This document shows, one piece after another, positions 54,154 through 63,651 of a DNA stretch of 64,000 nucleotides (within the stretch, counting starts at the first letter, position 1; each line of letters begins with the position of its first letter). The translations under genes and the position numbers were made by a program. The notes below the pieces were generated by a model. That model was not told where the DNA came from, did not search any database, and saw only the letters and a program-made list of their open reading frames with translations. This stretch comes from Thermoanaerobaculia bacterium (GTDB lineage: Bacteria > Acidobacteriota > Thermoanaerobaculia > UBA5066): assembly GCA_038245905.1 (NCBI GenBank), contig JBBRRY010000021.1:1-64000 (forward strand), read 5' to 3'.

Positions 54154-54209
54154 ACGTCGCCGGGCGGGACGCAGCGCGTCCCGCTTCCCGTCAACGCCTT
54201 CGGAGGAGG
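54136..54209 (+). promoter_or_regulatory. SD-sequestering RNA stem-loop
   Basis: CCTCCTTCCG (54136-45) pairs with CGGAGGAGG (54201-09); nested GCGTAGACG/CGTCAACGC and GCGGGACGC/GCGTCCCGC stems. Confidence 0.65.
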
Positions 54210-54214
54210 ATTCA

Positions 54215-55309
54215 TTGAAAGAAGATCGAGAAAGACGCGCGGCCGCGCTTTTCATCCTTGTCGCAGAATTCTGTTTCCTGGCCCTCGCTGCGGCTCCGGC
54301 CGCCGCCCAGACGGCCCAGACCGGGAACGTCTTCAACCCGAACATCTCCGTGATCGGCAATGCGCTCGGCTTCGTCGGCCACAACACCGTAGACAACCAG
54401 CCGGGCCTGCAGCTCAAGGAATCCGAGATCGGCCTTCAGGCGATCGTGGACCCGTACGCCCGCGCGGACTTCTTCGTGAGCTTCGGGAGCGAAAGGGGAG
54501 ACGTCGGGATCGAGGAAGGGTTCATCACCTTCCTGACTCTTCCCGGCGACTTCATCGCGAAGGCCGGCAAGTTCAAGGCAGCCTTCGGCAAGGTGAACAC
54601 GGAGCACCCGCACGTCCGCCAGTACGCGGACACGCCACTCGTCGTGCTGAACCTTCTCGGCAGCGAGGACGGGATCAACGACTCCGGACTCTCGCTTTCG
54701 CGCCTCATCCCGATGCCGTCCGAGATCTTGCTCGAGGCGACCGGGCAGCTCCTGCGCGGCACGTCGGAGAACCTCTTCCTGGCCGACACCCGCAACGACG
54801 TCGAGCCGCTCTTCCACCTCAAGGCCTACAAGGACCTTTCGGAATCCACCAACCTCGAGCTCGGGGGCTCGTGGACGCGTGGGAACGGTGTCGAAGGACC
54901 GGGCCTCCACACGGCGCTGGCAGGGATCGACGTCTCGTTCCGCTGGAAGCCGCTGCAGCAGGGGCTGTACCGGTCGCTCCTCGTGCGCGGCGAATGGATG
55001 ACCTCCGAGCGCGAGAGGGCCGCGGGGGCCACGGTCCGCGCGGACGGCTGGTATGCCCTCGCCCAGTACCAGCTCGGGCGCCGCTGGAACGCCGGCTATC
55101 GGCACGACGAGTCGGACCACGCGGACGACGCGACGCTCCGCGACCGCGGCGACTCGGCGATCCTCACGTTCCTGCCGTCGGAGTTCTCGATGGTCCGCAC
55201 CCAGCTCCGGCAGAACCGCTACGCCCAGCCCGGTGGCACCGTGAAGGCCACCGAGCTCCTCGTCCAGCTGCAGTTCGTCATCGGCGCCCACGGCGCCCAC
55301 CCCTTCTGA
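54215..55309 (+). CDS. Outer-membrane beta-barrel protein associated with metal uptake
   Basis: GGAGGAGG SD, TTG start; FNPNISVI, VDPY, FGKVNTEHPH, PSEFS, C-terminal GAHGAHPF. Confidence 0.8.
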   Translation: MKEDRERRAAALFILVAEFCFLALAAAPAAAQTAQTGNVFNPNISVIGNALGFVGHNTVDNQPGLQLKESEIGLQAIVDPYARADFFVSFGSERGDVGIEEGFITFLTLPGDFIAKAGKFKAAFGKVNTEHPHVRQYADTPLVVLNLLGSEDGINDSGLSLSRLIPMPSEILLEATGQLLRGTSENLFLADTRNDVEPLFHLKAYKDLSESTNLELGGSWTRGNGVEGPGLHTALAGIDVSFRWKPLQQGLYRSLLVRGEWMTSERERAAGATVRADGWYALAQYQLGRRWNAGYRHDESDHADDATLRDRGDSAILTFLPSEFSMVRTQLRQNRYAQPGGTVKATELLVQLQFVIGAHGAHPF

Positions 55310-55326
55310 GAAATGCGAGGAAGAAA

Positions 55327-56271
55327 ATGAAACGCAGAAGAGAAGATTTTCTTAGAAGGATAATTGGGCCGCTGCTCATTCTGGTTGCCTTTCTTCTCTC
55401 CGCCTCCGCCGAAGCAAGGAAGCTGAAAGTCGTCACGACGCTGTCAGACTTCGCATCGCTCGCCGCGACGATCGGCGGGGACCGCGTCGAGGCCGAAGCG
55501 CTGGCGAAGGGCTATCAGGACCCGCACTTCGTCGAGCCGAAGCCGTCCTTCGTCCTCAAGCTCAACAGAGCGGATGTCCTGATCGTCGCCGGCCTCGAGC
55601 TCGAGATCGGGTATCTGCCGCCGCTCCTCGACCAGGCGCGCAACGAGAGGATCCGTTCTACGGGCGCGGGCTACCTCGATGCGTCCGCCGGCTGCGACAT
55701 CCTCGATAAGCCCGCCGGTCAGGTCACGCGGGCGATGGGAGACGTCCACCCGTACGGGAACCCGCACTACTGGCTCGACCCGAAGAACGGGCGCGTGATC
55801 GCCCGCGCGATCGCCGCGAAGCTGACGGCGCTCGACCCGCCCGGCGCCGCCGACTACGCGAAGAACCTTGCGGACTTCGAGGCGAAGCTCAAGGCGGCCG
55901 AGGCGCGGTGGGCCGCACGCCTCGCGCCGTTCAAGAACACGAAGATCGTCACGTACCACAGCTCGTGGCCGAACTTCGCAAAGGCGTTTTCGCTGGACGT
56001 CGTCGGGTTCCTCGAGCCGAAGCCGGGCATCCCGCCGTCGCCGCAGCACAAGCTGGAGATCATCAACCTCATGAACGCCGAGAAAGTCCCTCTCATCCTC
56101 ATGGAGGTGTACTTCGACCGGAAGGACCCCGACTTCGTGGCGTTGAAAACGGGCGCGACGGTCGTCGTGATTCCGCCTTCCGTCGGGGGCGAGCCCGCCG
56201 CGAAGGACTATCTGTCGCTCTTCGACGTCGACGTCGAAAAGATCGCTGCGGCTCTGGAGAAGAGGAAATGA
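55327..56271 (+). CDS. Zn/Mn ABC transporter substrate-binding protein (ZnuA/TroA family)
   Basis: QDPHFVEPKPS, HPYGNPHYWLDP, YHSSW, EPKPGIPPS. Confidence 0.9.
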   Translation: MKRRREDFLRRIIGPLLILVAFLLSASAEARKLKVVTTLSDFASLAATIGGDRVEAEALAKGYQDPHFVEPKPSFVLKLNRADVLIVAGLELEIGYLPPLLDQARNERIRSTGAGYLDASAGCDILDKPAGQVTRAMGDVHPYGNPHYWLDPKNGRVIARAIAAKLTALDPPGAADYAKNLADFEAKLKAAEARWAARLAPFKNTKIVTYHSSWPNFAKAFSLDVVGFLEPKPGIPPSPQHKLEIINLMNAEKVPLILMEVYFDRKDPDFVALKTGATVVVIPPSVGGEPAAKDYLSLFDVDVEKIAAALEKRK

Positions 56272-57107
56272 CCGTCTTCGAGATCCTGCTCCCCGCGTTC
56301 GTCGCGAGCCTGATCCTGACCGGGATCCACTCCTATCTCGGGGTCCACGTCGTGGAGCGGGGGGTAATTTTCGTGGACCTCTCGCTCGCACAGATCGCGG
56401 CGTTCGGAGGGACGGTGGGCTATCTCGCCGGATACGAGATGCACTCGAACGGTTCGTATGCGTTCTCACTCGCCTTCACGCTTCTTGGGGCCGCGATCTT
56501 CGCCCTGACGAAATCGCACGGCAAGACACGCATCCCGCAGGAGGCGATCATCGGGATCGCGTACGCCGTGTCCGCGGCGTGCGCGGTCCTCGTCATGTCG
56601 AAGGCGACACGCGAGACCGAGCACCTCAAGGAGATGCTCGTCGGAAACATCCTCTCGGTCTCGTGGCCGGACCTCGCGAAGACGGCGGCGCTCTATGCCC
56701 TCGTCGGGGTCTTCCACTTCGTCTTCCGCGAGCGGTTCCTCCTGATCTCCCGCAACGAGGCCGAGGCCGTCCGCCGCGGCTGGAACGTCAAGTTCTGGGA
56801 CTTTCTTTTCTACGCCTCCTTCGGCTTCGTCGTGACGAGCTCCGTCGCGATCGCCGGCGTCCTCCTCGTCTTCTCGTTCTTGATCGTGCCGTCCGTCGCC
56901 GCGATGCTCTTTTCCGAGCGGCTCGGGGTCCGCTTGGCGATCGGCTGGACGATGGGCGTCCTCGTGTCTGCAGTCGGGGTCTGGCTGTCGTTCCTCTTCG
57001 ACCTCCCGACGGGCGCGGCCATCGTCGCGACGTTCGGGGCGGCCCTTCTGATCCTCGCCGCGGTTCGGCGGTTCGTGCCCGGCCCGTGGAGGACCGTCAC
57101 GGCCTAG
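56268..57107 (+). CDS. Zn/Mn ABC transporter permease (ZnuB family)
   Basis: Multi-TM; GVHVVERGVIFVDL, EAIIG, LVGNIL, GVLLVFSFLIVP, DLPTG. Confidence 0.88.
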   Translation: MTVFEILLPAFVASLILTGIHSYLGVHVVERGVIFVDLSLAQIAAFGGTVGYLAGYEMHSNGSYAFSLAFTLLGAAIFALTKSHGKTRIPQEAIIGIAYAVSAACAVLVMSKATRETEHLKEMLVGNILSVSWPDLAKTAALYALVGVFHFVFRERFLLISRNEAEAVRRGWNVKFWDFLFYASFGFVVTSSVAIAGVLLVFSFLIVPSVAAMLFSERLGVRLAIGWTMGVLVSAVGVWLSFLFDLPTGAAIVATFGAALLILAAVRRFVPGPWRTVTA

Positions 57108-57117
57108 AATCCGGTGC

Positions 57118-58191
57118 ATGCCGACAAGCAGACGCGCGTTTCTCGAGGAAGTCTCGTTCGCCTCCCTCATCGCGGGGTTCCCGCTCTCGGCGCAGGCCTC
57201 GCTCCAGAAGTACGCCGAGAAGCCGCCGGAACCTGTCTTCCCGAAGGCGCTGAAGAAAGGCGACACGATCGCGCTCATCTCGCCGGCCTCGCCAGGTCAC
57301 GAGCCCGACGGCACCGACCTGGCGGTCGAGATCGTGACGTCCCTCGGCTACAAACCCAGGGTCATGCCGAACGCGGGGAAGTTCACGCGTTACCTCGCGG
57401 GGACGGACGCGGAGCGGGCGGCTGACCTCAACGCGGCCTTCGCGGATCCTTCGGTGGACGCGGTGTGGTGCCTGCGCGGCGGCTACGGCACGCCGCGCAT
57501 CCTGCCGCTCCTCGATTACGAGACGATCCGGAAGAACCCAAAGGTCTTCATCGGCTATTCGGACATCACGGGGACGCTGAACGCGATCAACCGGTTGACG
57601 GGCCTCGTGACGTTTCACGGCCCGAACGGCGGGGACGTTCAGAGCGACTACACGCTGGACCAGTTCCGGCGCGTCGTCACGAACCCGCAGGCCGCCGGTC
57701 GCATCGCGGAGCCGCCGCCTCCGGGCAAGCCCCCGCGCGAAGGCTGGGTGGACAAGGAGAACCGCCTCTACCGCCTCGCGCCGGGCAAGGCGAAGGGGCG
57801 CCTCGTGGGCGGGAACATCTCCGTGTTCTCGACACTCATCGGAACTCCGTTCGAGCCCGAGCTCAAGGGCCGCATCCTCTTCCTCGAGGAGGTCGGCGAG
57901 GACCCGTACCGCATCGATCGCTGGCTCACTCAATTCCTCCTCACGGGAAAGCTCTCCGGCCTCGCGGGCGTCGCGCTCGGCAAGTTCTCGAAGTGCAACT
58001 CGGAGGACTCCTACGGGACGTGGACGTGGGAGGAGGTCTGCAAGGACCGGTTCGGAGGCCTCGGAATTCCCGTCCTCGCGCGTCTCGTCTTCGGCCACGT
58101 GACGGACAAGGCGACGCTTCCACTCGGTGTCATGGCCGAGCTGGACGCCGACGCGGGCACGCTCACGCTGCTGGAGGCCGCGGTCCGGTGA
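57118..58191 (+). CDS. LD-carboxypeptidase (S66) with Tat signal
   Basis: SRRAFL, RGGYG, GYSDIT, GGN, LEEVGE, FGH. Confidence 0.9.
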   Translation: MPTSRRAFLEEVSFASLIAGFPLSAQASLQKYAEKPPEPVFPKALKKGDTIALISPASPGHEPDGTDLAVEIVTSLGYKPRVMPNAGKFTRYLAGTDAERAADLNAAFADPSVDAVWCLRGGYGTPRILPLLDYETIRKNPKVFIGYSDITGTLNAINRLTGLVTFHGPNGGDVQSDYTLDQFRRVVTNPQAAGRIAEPPPPGKPPREGWVDKENRLYRLAPGKAKGRLVGGNISVFSTLIGTPFEPELKGRILFLEEVGEDPYRIDRWLTQFLLTGKLSGLAGVALGKFSKCNSEDSYGTWTWEEVCKDRFGGLGIPVLARLVFGHVTDKATLPLGVMAELDADAGTLTLLEAAVR

Positions 58192-58213
58192 CGAGCGTTC
58201 GTCCGGGGAACTG

Positions 58214-58867
58214 ATGGCGGACATCGACTCGCGCGCCGGCCTCTCGTACTCGACGCGCGAGATTCTTGACTGGCTCGCGGCGACGCACGCGCCTCACGAC
58301 GCCGCGCTCGCGAGAGCCTTCGACGCGCCCGCCGCGCACGGGATGCCCGCGATCCAGCTGGGGGCGTCCGAGGCGAAGACCGTCGCCCTCCTCCTGAAGC
58401 TCGCGGGGGCGAAGAAGGTCGTCGAGGTCGGGACGCTCGCGGCGTACTCGGCGCTCGTCATGGCGCGCGCGCTGCCCGAGGACGGTCACGTCTGGACGAT
58501 CGAGTTCGACTCGAAGCGCGCGCGCGTCGCGCGCGAGAACCTCGCGGCGGCGGGCGAGAGCGCGAGGGTCACGGTCCTCGAGGGCGCGGGCCTCGATGTC
58601 CTGCCCACGCTCGAGAAGGAAGGCCCCTTCGACGCGGTTTTCATCGACGCCGACAAGCGCAACTACGACGGTTACGGCCGTTGGGCCGCGAAGAACGTCC
58701 GGAAGGGCGGCCTTCTCATCGGCGACAACGCGTTTCTGTTCGGCCGGCTCCTCGAGGACTCCGAGGAGGCCGCGGCGATGCGGCGCTTCCACGAGGAGGC
58801 GCGGGTCGCCTTCGACACGGTCTGCCTGCCGACGCTCGACGGCATGCTCCTGGGCGTCCGGCGCTGA
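58214..58867 (+). CDS. SAM-dependent O-methyltransferase (CCoAOMT-like)
   Basis: EVGTLAAYS, FDAVFIDADK, GDN. Confidence 0.88.
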   Translation: MADIDSRAGLSYSTREILDWLAATHAPHDAALARAFDAPAAHGMPAIQLGASEAKTVALLLKLAGAKKVVEVGTLAAYSALVMARALPEDGHVWTIEFDSKRARVARENLAAAGESARVTVLEGAGLDVLPTLEKEGPFDAVFIDADKRNYDGYGRWAAKNVRKGGLLIGDNAFLFGRLLEDSEEAAAMRRFHEEARVAFDTVCLPTLDGMLLGVRR

Positions 58868-58873
58868 GGCAGC

Positions 58874-59782
58874 TTAACGGCGCGTCGCGAGGAGCGACGC
58901 GACGACGGAGACGGCGAGGACGAGGCCGATGACGCCGAGGGAAATCCCCACGGGGACCTTGACCAGCTCGACGAGCGCCATCTTGAGACCCACGAAGACG
59001 AGGATCACGGAGAGGCCGAGCTTCAGGTAGACGAAGCGCCCCATGATCCCGGCGAGCAGGAAGTAGAGGGATCTGAGGCCGAGGATCGCGAAGACGTTGG
59101 ACGTGTAGACGAGGAACGTGTCCGACGTGACCGCGAAGATCGCGGGCACGGAGTCCACCGCGAATACGAGGTCCATGCTCTCGACGACGAGAAGGACGAG
59201 GAAGAGCGGCGTTGCGAAGAGGCGCCCTGCCCGCCGGACGAAGAACGCCTGGCCTTCGTAGCTCTCGGTGACGGGAAGGAGCTTCCGCGCGAGGCGGACG
59301 AGGGGGTTCTTCTCGGGGTGGAGCTCTGCGTTGTCGTGGAGGGCCATCTTGACGCCCGTCACGACGAGGAACGCGCCGAAGATCCAGACGAGGAAGTGGA
59401 ACTTCGCGAGGAGAAACGCGCCCGCGGCGATGAGGGCACCCCGCAGGAGGAGGGCGCCGAGGATCCCCCAGAAGAGGACGCGGTGTTGGTAGAGCGCCGG
59501 CACCGCGAAGTACGTGAAGATCAGCGCGATCACGAAGATGTTGTCGACGCTGAGGGATTTCTCGATCAGGTAGCCCGTGAGGTACTGGAGGGCGGGCTCC
59601 TTGCCCTCGAAGTGCCAGAGGCCCGCCCCGAAGACGAGAGCGAGCGCGATCCAGACGGCGCTCCAGGCTCCCGCTTCTTTGAGCGAGACGGCGTGGGCCT
59701 TGCGGTGGAAGACGCCCAGGTCCAGCGCGAGCATCGCGAGGACGAAGACGTTGAAGGCGATCCAGACGGCGGGGCCGTGCAT
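58874..59782 (-). CDS. TerC/Alx family metal homeostasis membrane protein
   Basis: EKSLSVDN, QHRVLFWG, DLVFAVDS, SNVFAILGLR. Confidence 0.92.
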   Translation of the reverse strand: MHGPAVWIAFNVFVLAMLALDLGVFHRKAHAVSLKEAGAWSAVWIALALVFGAGLWHFEGKEPALQYLTGYLIEKSLSVDNIFVIALIFTYFAVPALYQHRVLFWGILGALLLRGALIAAGAFLLAKFHFLVWIFGAFLVVTGVKMALHDNAELHPEKNPLVRLARKLLPVTESYEGQAFFVRRAGRLFATPLFLVLLVVESMDLVFAVDSVPAIFAVTSDTFLVYTSNVFAILGLRSLYFLLAGIMGRFVYLKLGLSVILVFVGLKMALVELVKVPVGISLGVIGLVLAVSVVASLLATRR

Positions 59783-59925
59783 CGGCGAATACTACGGCCG
59801 CCGCCGGGCCGCGCCGTGCCGAAGACCCTTCCGCTCACCGGGAACGGGGGGCACGGTCGACACATTCGTCATCGAACCCGCCGGCGGGCTCGCGATCTAC
59901 AGTCGCTGAGAGCGGCCCCCTCGCC

Positions 59926-59952
59926 GTAACCTTCCGTTCGTCCGGTCGTCTT
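59926..59952 (+). promoter_or_regulatory. Putative autoregulatory ECF sigma promoter
   Basis: GTAACC, 15 nt spacer, CGTCTT, 7 nt before the GTG; AAC/CGT cores are typical of ECF promoters. Confidence 0.55.
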
Positions 59953-59959
59953 AGGGGAC

Positions 59960-60583
59960 GTGGGCGCTGCCATTTCAGCCTTGGAGGAATGCCTGGAAGC
60001 ACCCGCGGCGAACCCAGACCAGGAAGCGGATCTCGAGTCGCTGGAGCAGGTTCGCCGTGGAGAAGCCGAGGGAGCGACCCGGCTCTTTCACCGCTATTCG
60101 GCGCCCCTCCTGAGGTTCACGGGCCGCCTGCTCGGAAATTCCGCCGAGGCCGAGGAAGTCACCCAGGACGTCTTTCTGAAGCTCATGTCGCGGGCCGATC
60201 AGTATGACGGGCGCGCGCCGGTGGCTTCCTGGCTCTTCGCGATCGCCACGAATGCCTGCCGCGACCGCCAGCGCCGCTCCGTGCGCCGGCCGAGCGTTGC
60301 GCTGAATGCCGTGGCCGAGGTCGCCGAGCCGGGAATTCCGGTGGACGAGCGCCTCGTCGATCGGCAGCGCCGTGAAGCCGTACGGCGCGCCCTCCAGCAC
60401 CTTTCCGGCGAACAGCGAGAGGCCATCGTCCTCGCCCGCTACCACGGGATGCCCTATGCCGACATCGCAAGGACGCTGAATATCAGCGAGGGCGCGGTCA
60501 AGACTCGGATTTTCAGGGCCATGGAAACCTTGAAGGCCCATTTCTCATCAGGAGACTCACCATGGATTGCCGCGACGCACTGA
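59960..60583 (+). CDS. ECF RNA polymerase sigma factor
   Basis: AEEVTQDVF, WLFAIATN, YADIA..GAVKTRIFRA. Confidence 0.93.
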   Translation: MGAAISALEECLEAPAANPDQEADLESLEQVRRGEAEGATRLFHRYSAPLLRFTGRLLGNSAEAEEVTQDVFLKLMSRADQYDGRAPVASWLFAIATNACRDRQRRSVRRPSVALNAVAEVAEPGIPVDERLVDRQRREAVRRALQHLSGEQREAIVLARYHGMPYADIARTLNISEGAVKTRIFRAMETLKAHFSSGDSPWIAATH

Positions 60584-61569
60584 ACGTTCGTGAGCTCGTT
60601 CTCGACCGTCTCGCCGGAGCCCCGGCGGAGGGGGCGGACGAGGCGTTCCTCGACTCCCATCTCGCCTTCTGCGCCTCGTGCCGCACCGAATTCGAGGCGC
60701 TCGAGGCCGTCTGGACCCGCCTTGGAGAGGACGACGGCGCCGACCTCGTGCTCTCGCCGGAGTTCGCGGCGCGCACGACGGCGGCGATCGCATCGGCCCG
60801 GCGCGGGAGCCTCCTGCCGTTTCCCGCTCCGCGCTCGGGCGAGAATCTCCTGAAAGTTGCCGTTGTGCTGCTCGCCGGCGGGCTCGGCTTCCTCGTGGCG
60901 CGGGGCACCGATCGTCCGGCGCCGTTCACGGCCTCGACCGCGCTCCCGACGCCGAGCCTCGGTGCCGGGGAAAACTTCACCCTCGTCGCGAATCGCACGG
61001 TGGATGCCTCCCGCTCGGCGCTGGACCTCTCCGGCAAGCCGCGCCTCTCGAACGTCGCGTATGCGCCCGCTGACGCCGCGGGCCGGATCGCGGTCTCGTT
61101 CGACGTCTCGACGCGCTACACGGTCGTCGGCAGGCCCGAGGAGCAGGCTGTCGCGAATCTCCTCGCCTCGCTCGTTTCCGGGAGCGCGGGGTCCGAGGGC
61201 GCGAAGGGCAAGGCCCTCGACCTCGTCTCCGAGGGCACGCGCGGGGGCGCGCCCGTCTCGCCGGAGATTGTCGCGCTGCTTCGGCGCACGCTCGAGACCG
61301 ACAAGAACCCGGGCGTCCGACGGAAGGCCGCCGAGGCGCTCGCGCAGATGCCACCGACGCCCGAGACACGGGACGCTCTCGCGACGGCCCTGAAGACTGA
61401 CACGAACCCGGCCGTCCGCATCCTCGCCGTCGAGGGCCTCGCGAAGGCCGCCACGACGCTCAAGGACGCGACGTCCATCGAGAGCCTGCGCCAGAAGGCG
61501 GGCGACGACCGCGAGAACGGCTACGTTCGCAGCCAGGCCGCGCTCGCTCTCTCGAAGATCGAGATCTGA
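60562..61569 (+). CDS. Zinc-finger (zf-HC2) anti-sigma factor with TM and HEAT repeats
   Basis: HLAFCASC motif, one TM, D.NPGVR/D.NPAVR repeats. Confidence 0.85.
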   Translation: MDCRDALNVRELVLDRLAGAPAEGADEAFLDSHLAFCASCRTEFEALEAVWTRLGEDDGADLVLSPEFAARTTAAIASARRGSLLPFPAPRSGENLLKVAVVLLAGGLGFLVARGTDRPAPFTASTALPTPSLGAGENFTLVANRTVDASRSALDLSGKPRLSNVAYAPADAAGRIAVSFDVSTRYTVVGRPEEQAVANLLASLVSGSAGSEGAKGKALDLVSEGTRGGAPVSPEIVALLRRTLETDKNPGVRRKAAEALAQMPPTPETRDALATALKTDTNPAVRILAVEGLAKAATTLKDATSIESLRQKAGDDRENGYVRSQAALALSKIEI

Positions 61570-61602
61570 GTGACCTTGCGCCCGCTGGAGCGTCTCTTTG
61601 AC

Positions 61603-63600
61603 ATGAGCACGAACGCCGCACCCGCCCCCAAGAATATCCGCCGCGAGGGGAGCGCCCTCGCCTGGGCGCTCGCGATTCTCGCGCTCGTCCTCCTCTCGCT
61701 CGCCGCGGGTCTCAAGGCCGATGGCAAGGAGTGGGGAGCGAAGGCCACCCGGAGCGAGACGTTCAACGCCTCCGGCGACCTCAAGTCCCTCTCCGTCGAA
61801 ACCGTCAACGGCCGCGTCGAGGTCGTCGCGGGGACGTCCTTTAAGGCCGAAGTCGAGGTGACCGCCTGGGGCTCGAGCGACTCCGACGCGAAGAAGAACC
61901 TCGCCGACGTGAAGGTCCGCTTCGAGAACGAGAACGGGAACCTCGCCCTCTACACGGAGGAGTCGGGGGTGCACATGAAGCGGCCGGGCCGGGGCTGGAA
62001 CGTCTCGAGCCGCGACGACCACGACTGGCGGAGCGAGACGAAGTACCGGATCACCGTGCCTTCCGGCGTGACGGTGAACGTGTCCGCGGTGAACGGCGGG
62101 GTGAGCGTCGCGGGTGTCGCGGCCCCGCTCGAGCTCACGACCGTGAACGGCAAAATCACGATCGCGGGCGCCCGCCGCGACGCGAAGCTCAACACGGTGA
62201 ACGGCGCGATCGAGGCAATCTTCACGGACCTCCCGAAGGGCGCGGCCCTCGACGTTCGCACGGTGAACGGCTCCATCGCACTCACCCTGCCCGCGAAGGC
62301 GGGGTTCCGCCTCGAGGGGCACACGATGAGCGGCGAGATCCTCTCGAGCTTTGCCTTCCCGGCCGCGGCGACGCCCGAGGCCGAACGCGACCGCGACGAG
62401 GCGAACGCGGCGCGCGACAAGATCCGCGCCGAGCAGCGCAAGATCCGGGACGAGATCCGCGCGAAAGAGAAAGCGAAAGAGAAGCAACGCTCCCGGAAGG
62501 ACAGCGACGACGACGTCGTGATCGACCTCTCCGAGCTCAACGAGGCGATGGCCGAGCTGAACCGGGAAATGGCGGACCTGGGCCGCGAGATCTCGCGGAG
62601 CATCACCGTGAACCTGAATCGCGCCTACGAGGGCACGATCGGGGACGGCGGCGCGACGGTCCGCGCGTCCAACCTCAACGGACGGATCGTGATCCTCGCC
62701 GAGGGGACCAGCGAGGCGCAAGCCCGGCGGCTCACGTCGCCCCGATCGACCCACCTCGTCGTGATCCCGCCCCTCCCGAGCGTCTCGCGCATCGTCGTGC
62801 GCGAGCACCCGGCGCCCGCACCCGCGCCTGCCCCGCACGCCGTTCCGGCCCCGCCGGCGCCTGCGATCGCCGGCGTGCCGCCCGCGGCTCCACGCGCGCC
62901 GCTCGCTCCGATCCCGCCCGATCCGTGGGGCCGCTCGACCGTGACGGGCGACGTCGCGGGCGACTACGCGCCGTCGATCGTCTCGGGCGACGTGACGGTG
63001 GGGAAGGTCTCGGGCCGCGCGACGATCACGAGCCGCTCCGGGCAGATCCGCGTGAAGGAAGCCAGCAAGGGCGCCGAGCTCTCGACCGCGGGCGGCGACA
63101 TCCGGATCGAGTCGTCCGGCGGCGAGGTCAAGGCCACGACGTTTGGCGGCGACATCCGCGTCGGCTCCGTCGCCGGCGACGCGCGCCTCGAGACGAGCGG
63201 CGGCGACGTCGTCGTTCGCTCGGCAGGCGGCGCCGTGACGGCCCGGACGGGCGGCGGCGACGTCGTTCTCAAGAAAGTCCGGGGCCCCGTCACGGCGCGC
63301 ACGTCCGGCGGCTCGATCACGTGCGAGATCACGAGCGCCGCGGGCGCCGCCGGAGAGCTCGTGACGAGCGGTGGGGACGTGACGGTGACGCTGCCCGCGA
63401 ACGCCCGGGCCGACGTCGAGATCCACGTGAGCGGCGTCGACCTCGACTCCGACTCCATCTCGACGCAGTTCCCGGAGATCGCGATCTCGCGCCGGTCCGG
63501 GCACATCGTGGGAGAGGGCAAGATCAACGGCGGCGGGCCGAAGCTCATGATCCGGTCGAGCTCGGGCGTCGTCACGATCCGGAAGGGTCCGGCCGCCTGA
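61603..63600 (+). CDS. DUF4097 beta-strand repeat protein with two repeat blocks (alternative GTG start 61570)
   Basis: TVNG repeats, coiled-coil insert, Pro/Ala linker, T.GGD repeats. Confidence 0.85.
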   Translation: MSTNAAPAPKNIRREGSALAWALAILALVLLSLAAGLKADGKEWGAKATRSETFNASGDLKSLSVETVNGRVEVVAGTSFKAEVEVTAWGSSDSDAKKNLADVKVRFENENGNLALYTEESGVHMKRPGRGWNVSSRDDHDWRSETKYRITVPSGVTVNVSAVNGGVSVAGVAAPLELTTVNGKITIAGARRDAKLNTVNGAIEAIFTDLPKGAALDVRTVNGSIALTLPAKAGFRLEGHTMSGEILSSFAFPAAATPEAERDRDEANAARDKIRAEQRKIRDEIRAKEKAKEKQRSRKDSDDDVVIDLSELNEAMAELNREMADLGREISRSITVNLNRAYEGTIGDGGATVRASNLNGRIVILAEGTSEAQARRLTSPRSTHLVVIPPLPSVSRIVVREHPAPAPAPAPHAVPAPPAPAIAGVPPAAPRAPLAPIPPDPWGRSTVTGDVAGDYAPSIVSGDVTVGKVSGRATITSRSGQIRVKEASKGAELSTAGGDIRIESSGGEVKATTFGGDIRVGSVAGDARLETSGGDVVVRSAGGAVTARTGGGDVVLKKVRGPVTARTSGGSITCEITSAAGAAGELVTSGGDVTVTLPANARADVEIHVSGVDLDSDSISTQFPEIAISRRSGHIVGEGKINGGGPKLMIRSSSGVVTIRKGPAA

Positions 63601-63651
63601 CGCGAATGCATTACGGCAGGGCTCGGGCGGCTTCGCTACAATCACAGGGTC

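Noticed and set aside
59783-59925. yybP-ykoY riboswitch upstream of TerC/Alx
   Set aside because: No recognisable consensus, and TAGTAT 6 nt before the ATG suggests a leaderless transcript.
62805-62925. GC-rich quasi-repeat
   Set aside because: Encodes the Pro/Ala linker of the DUF4097 protein.
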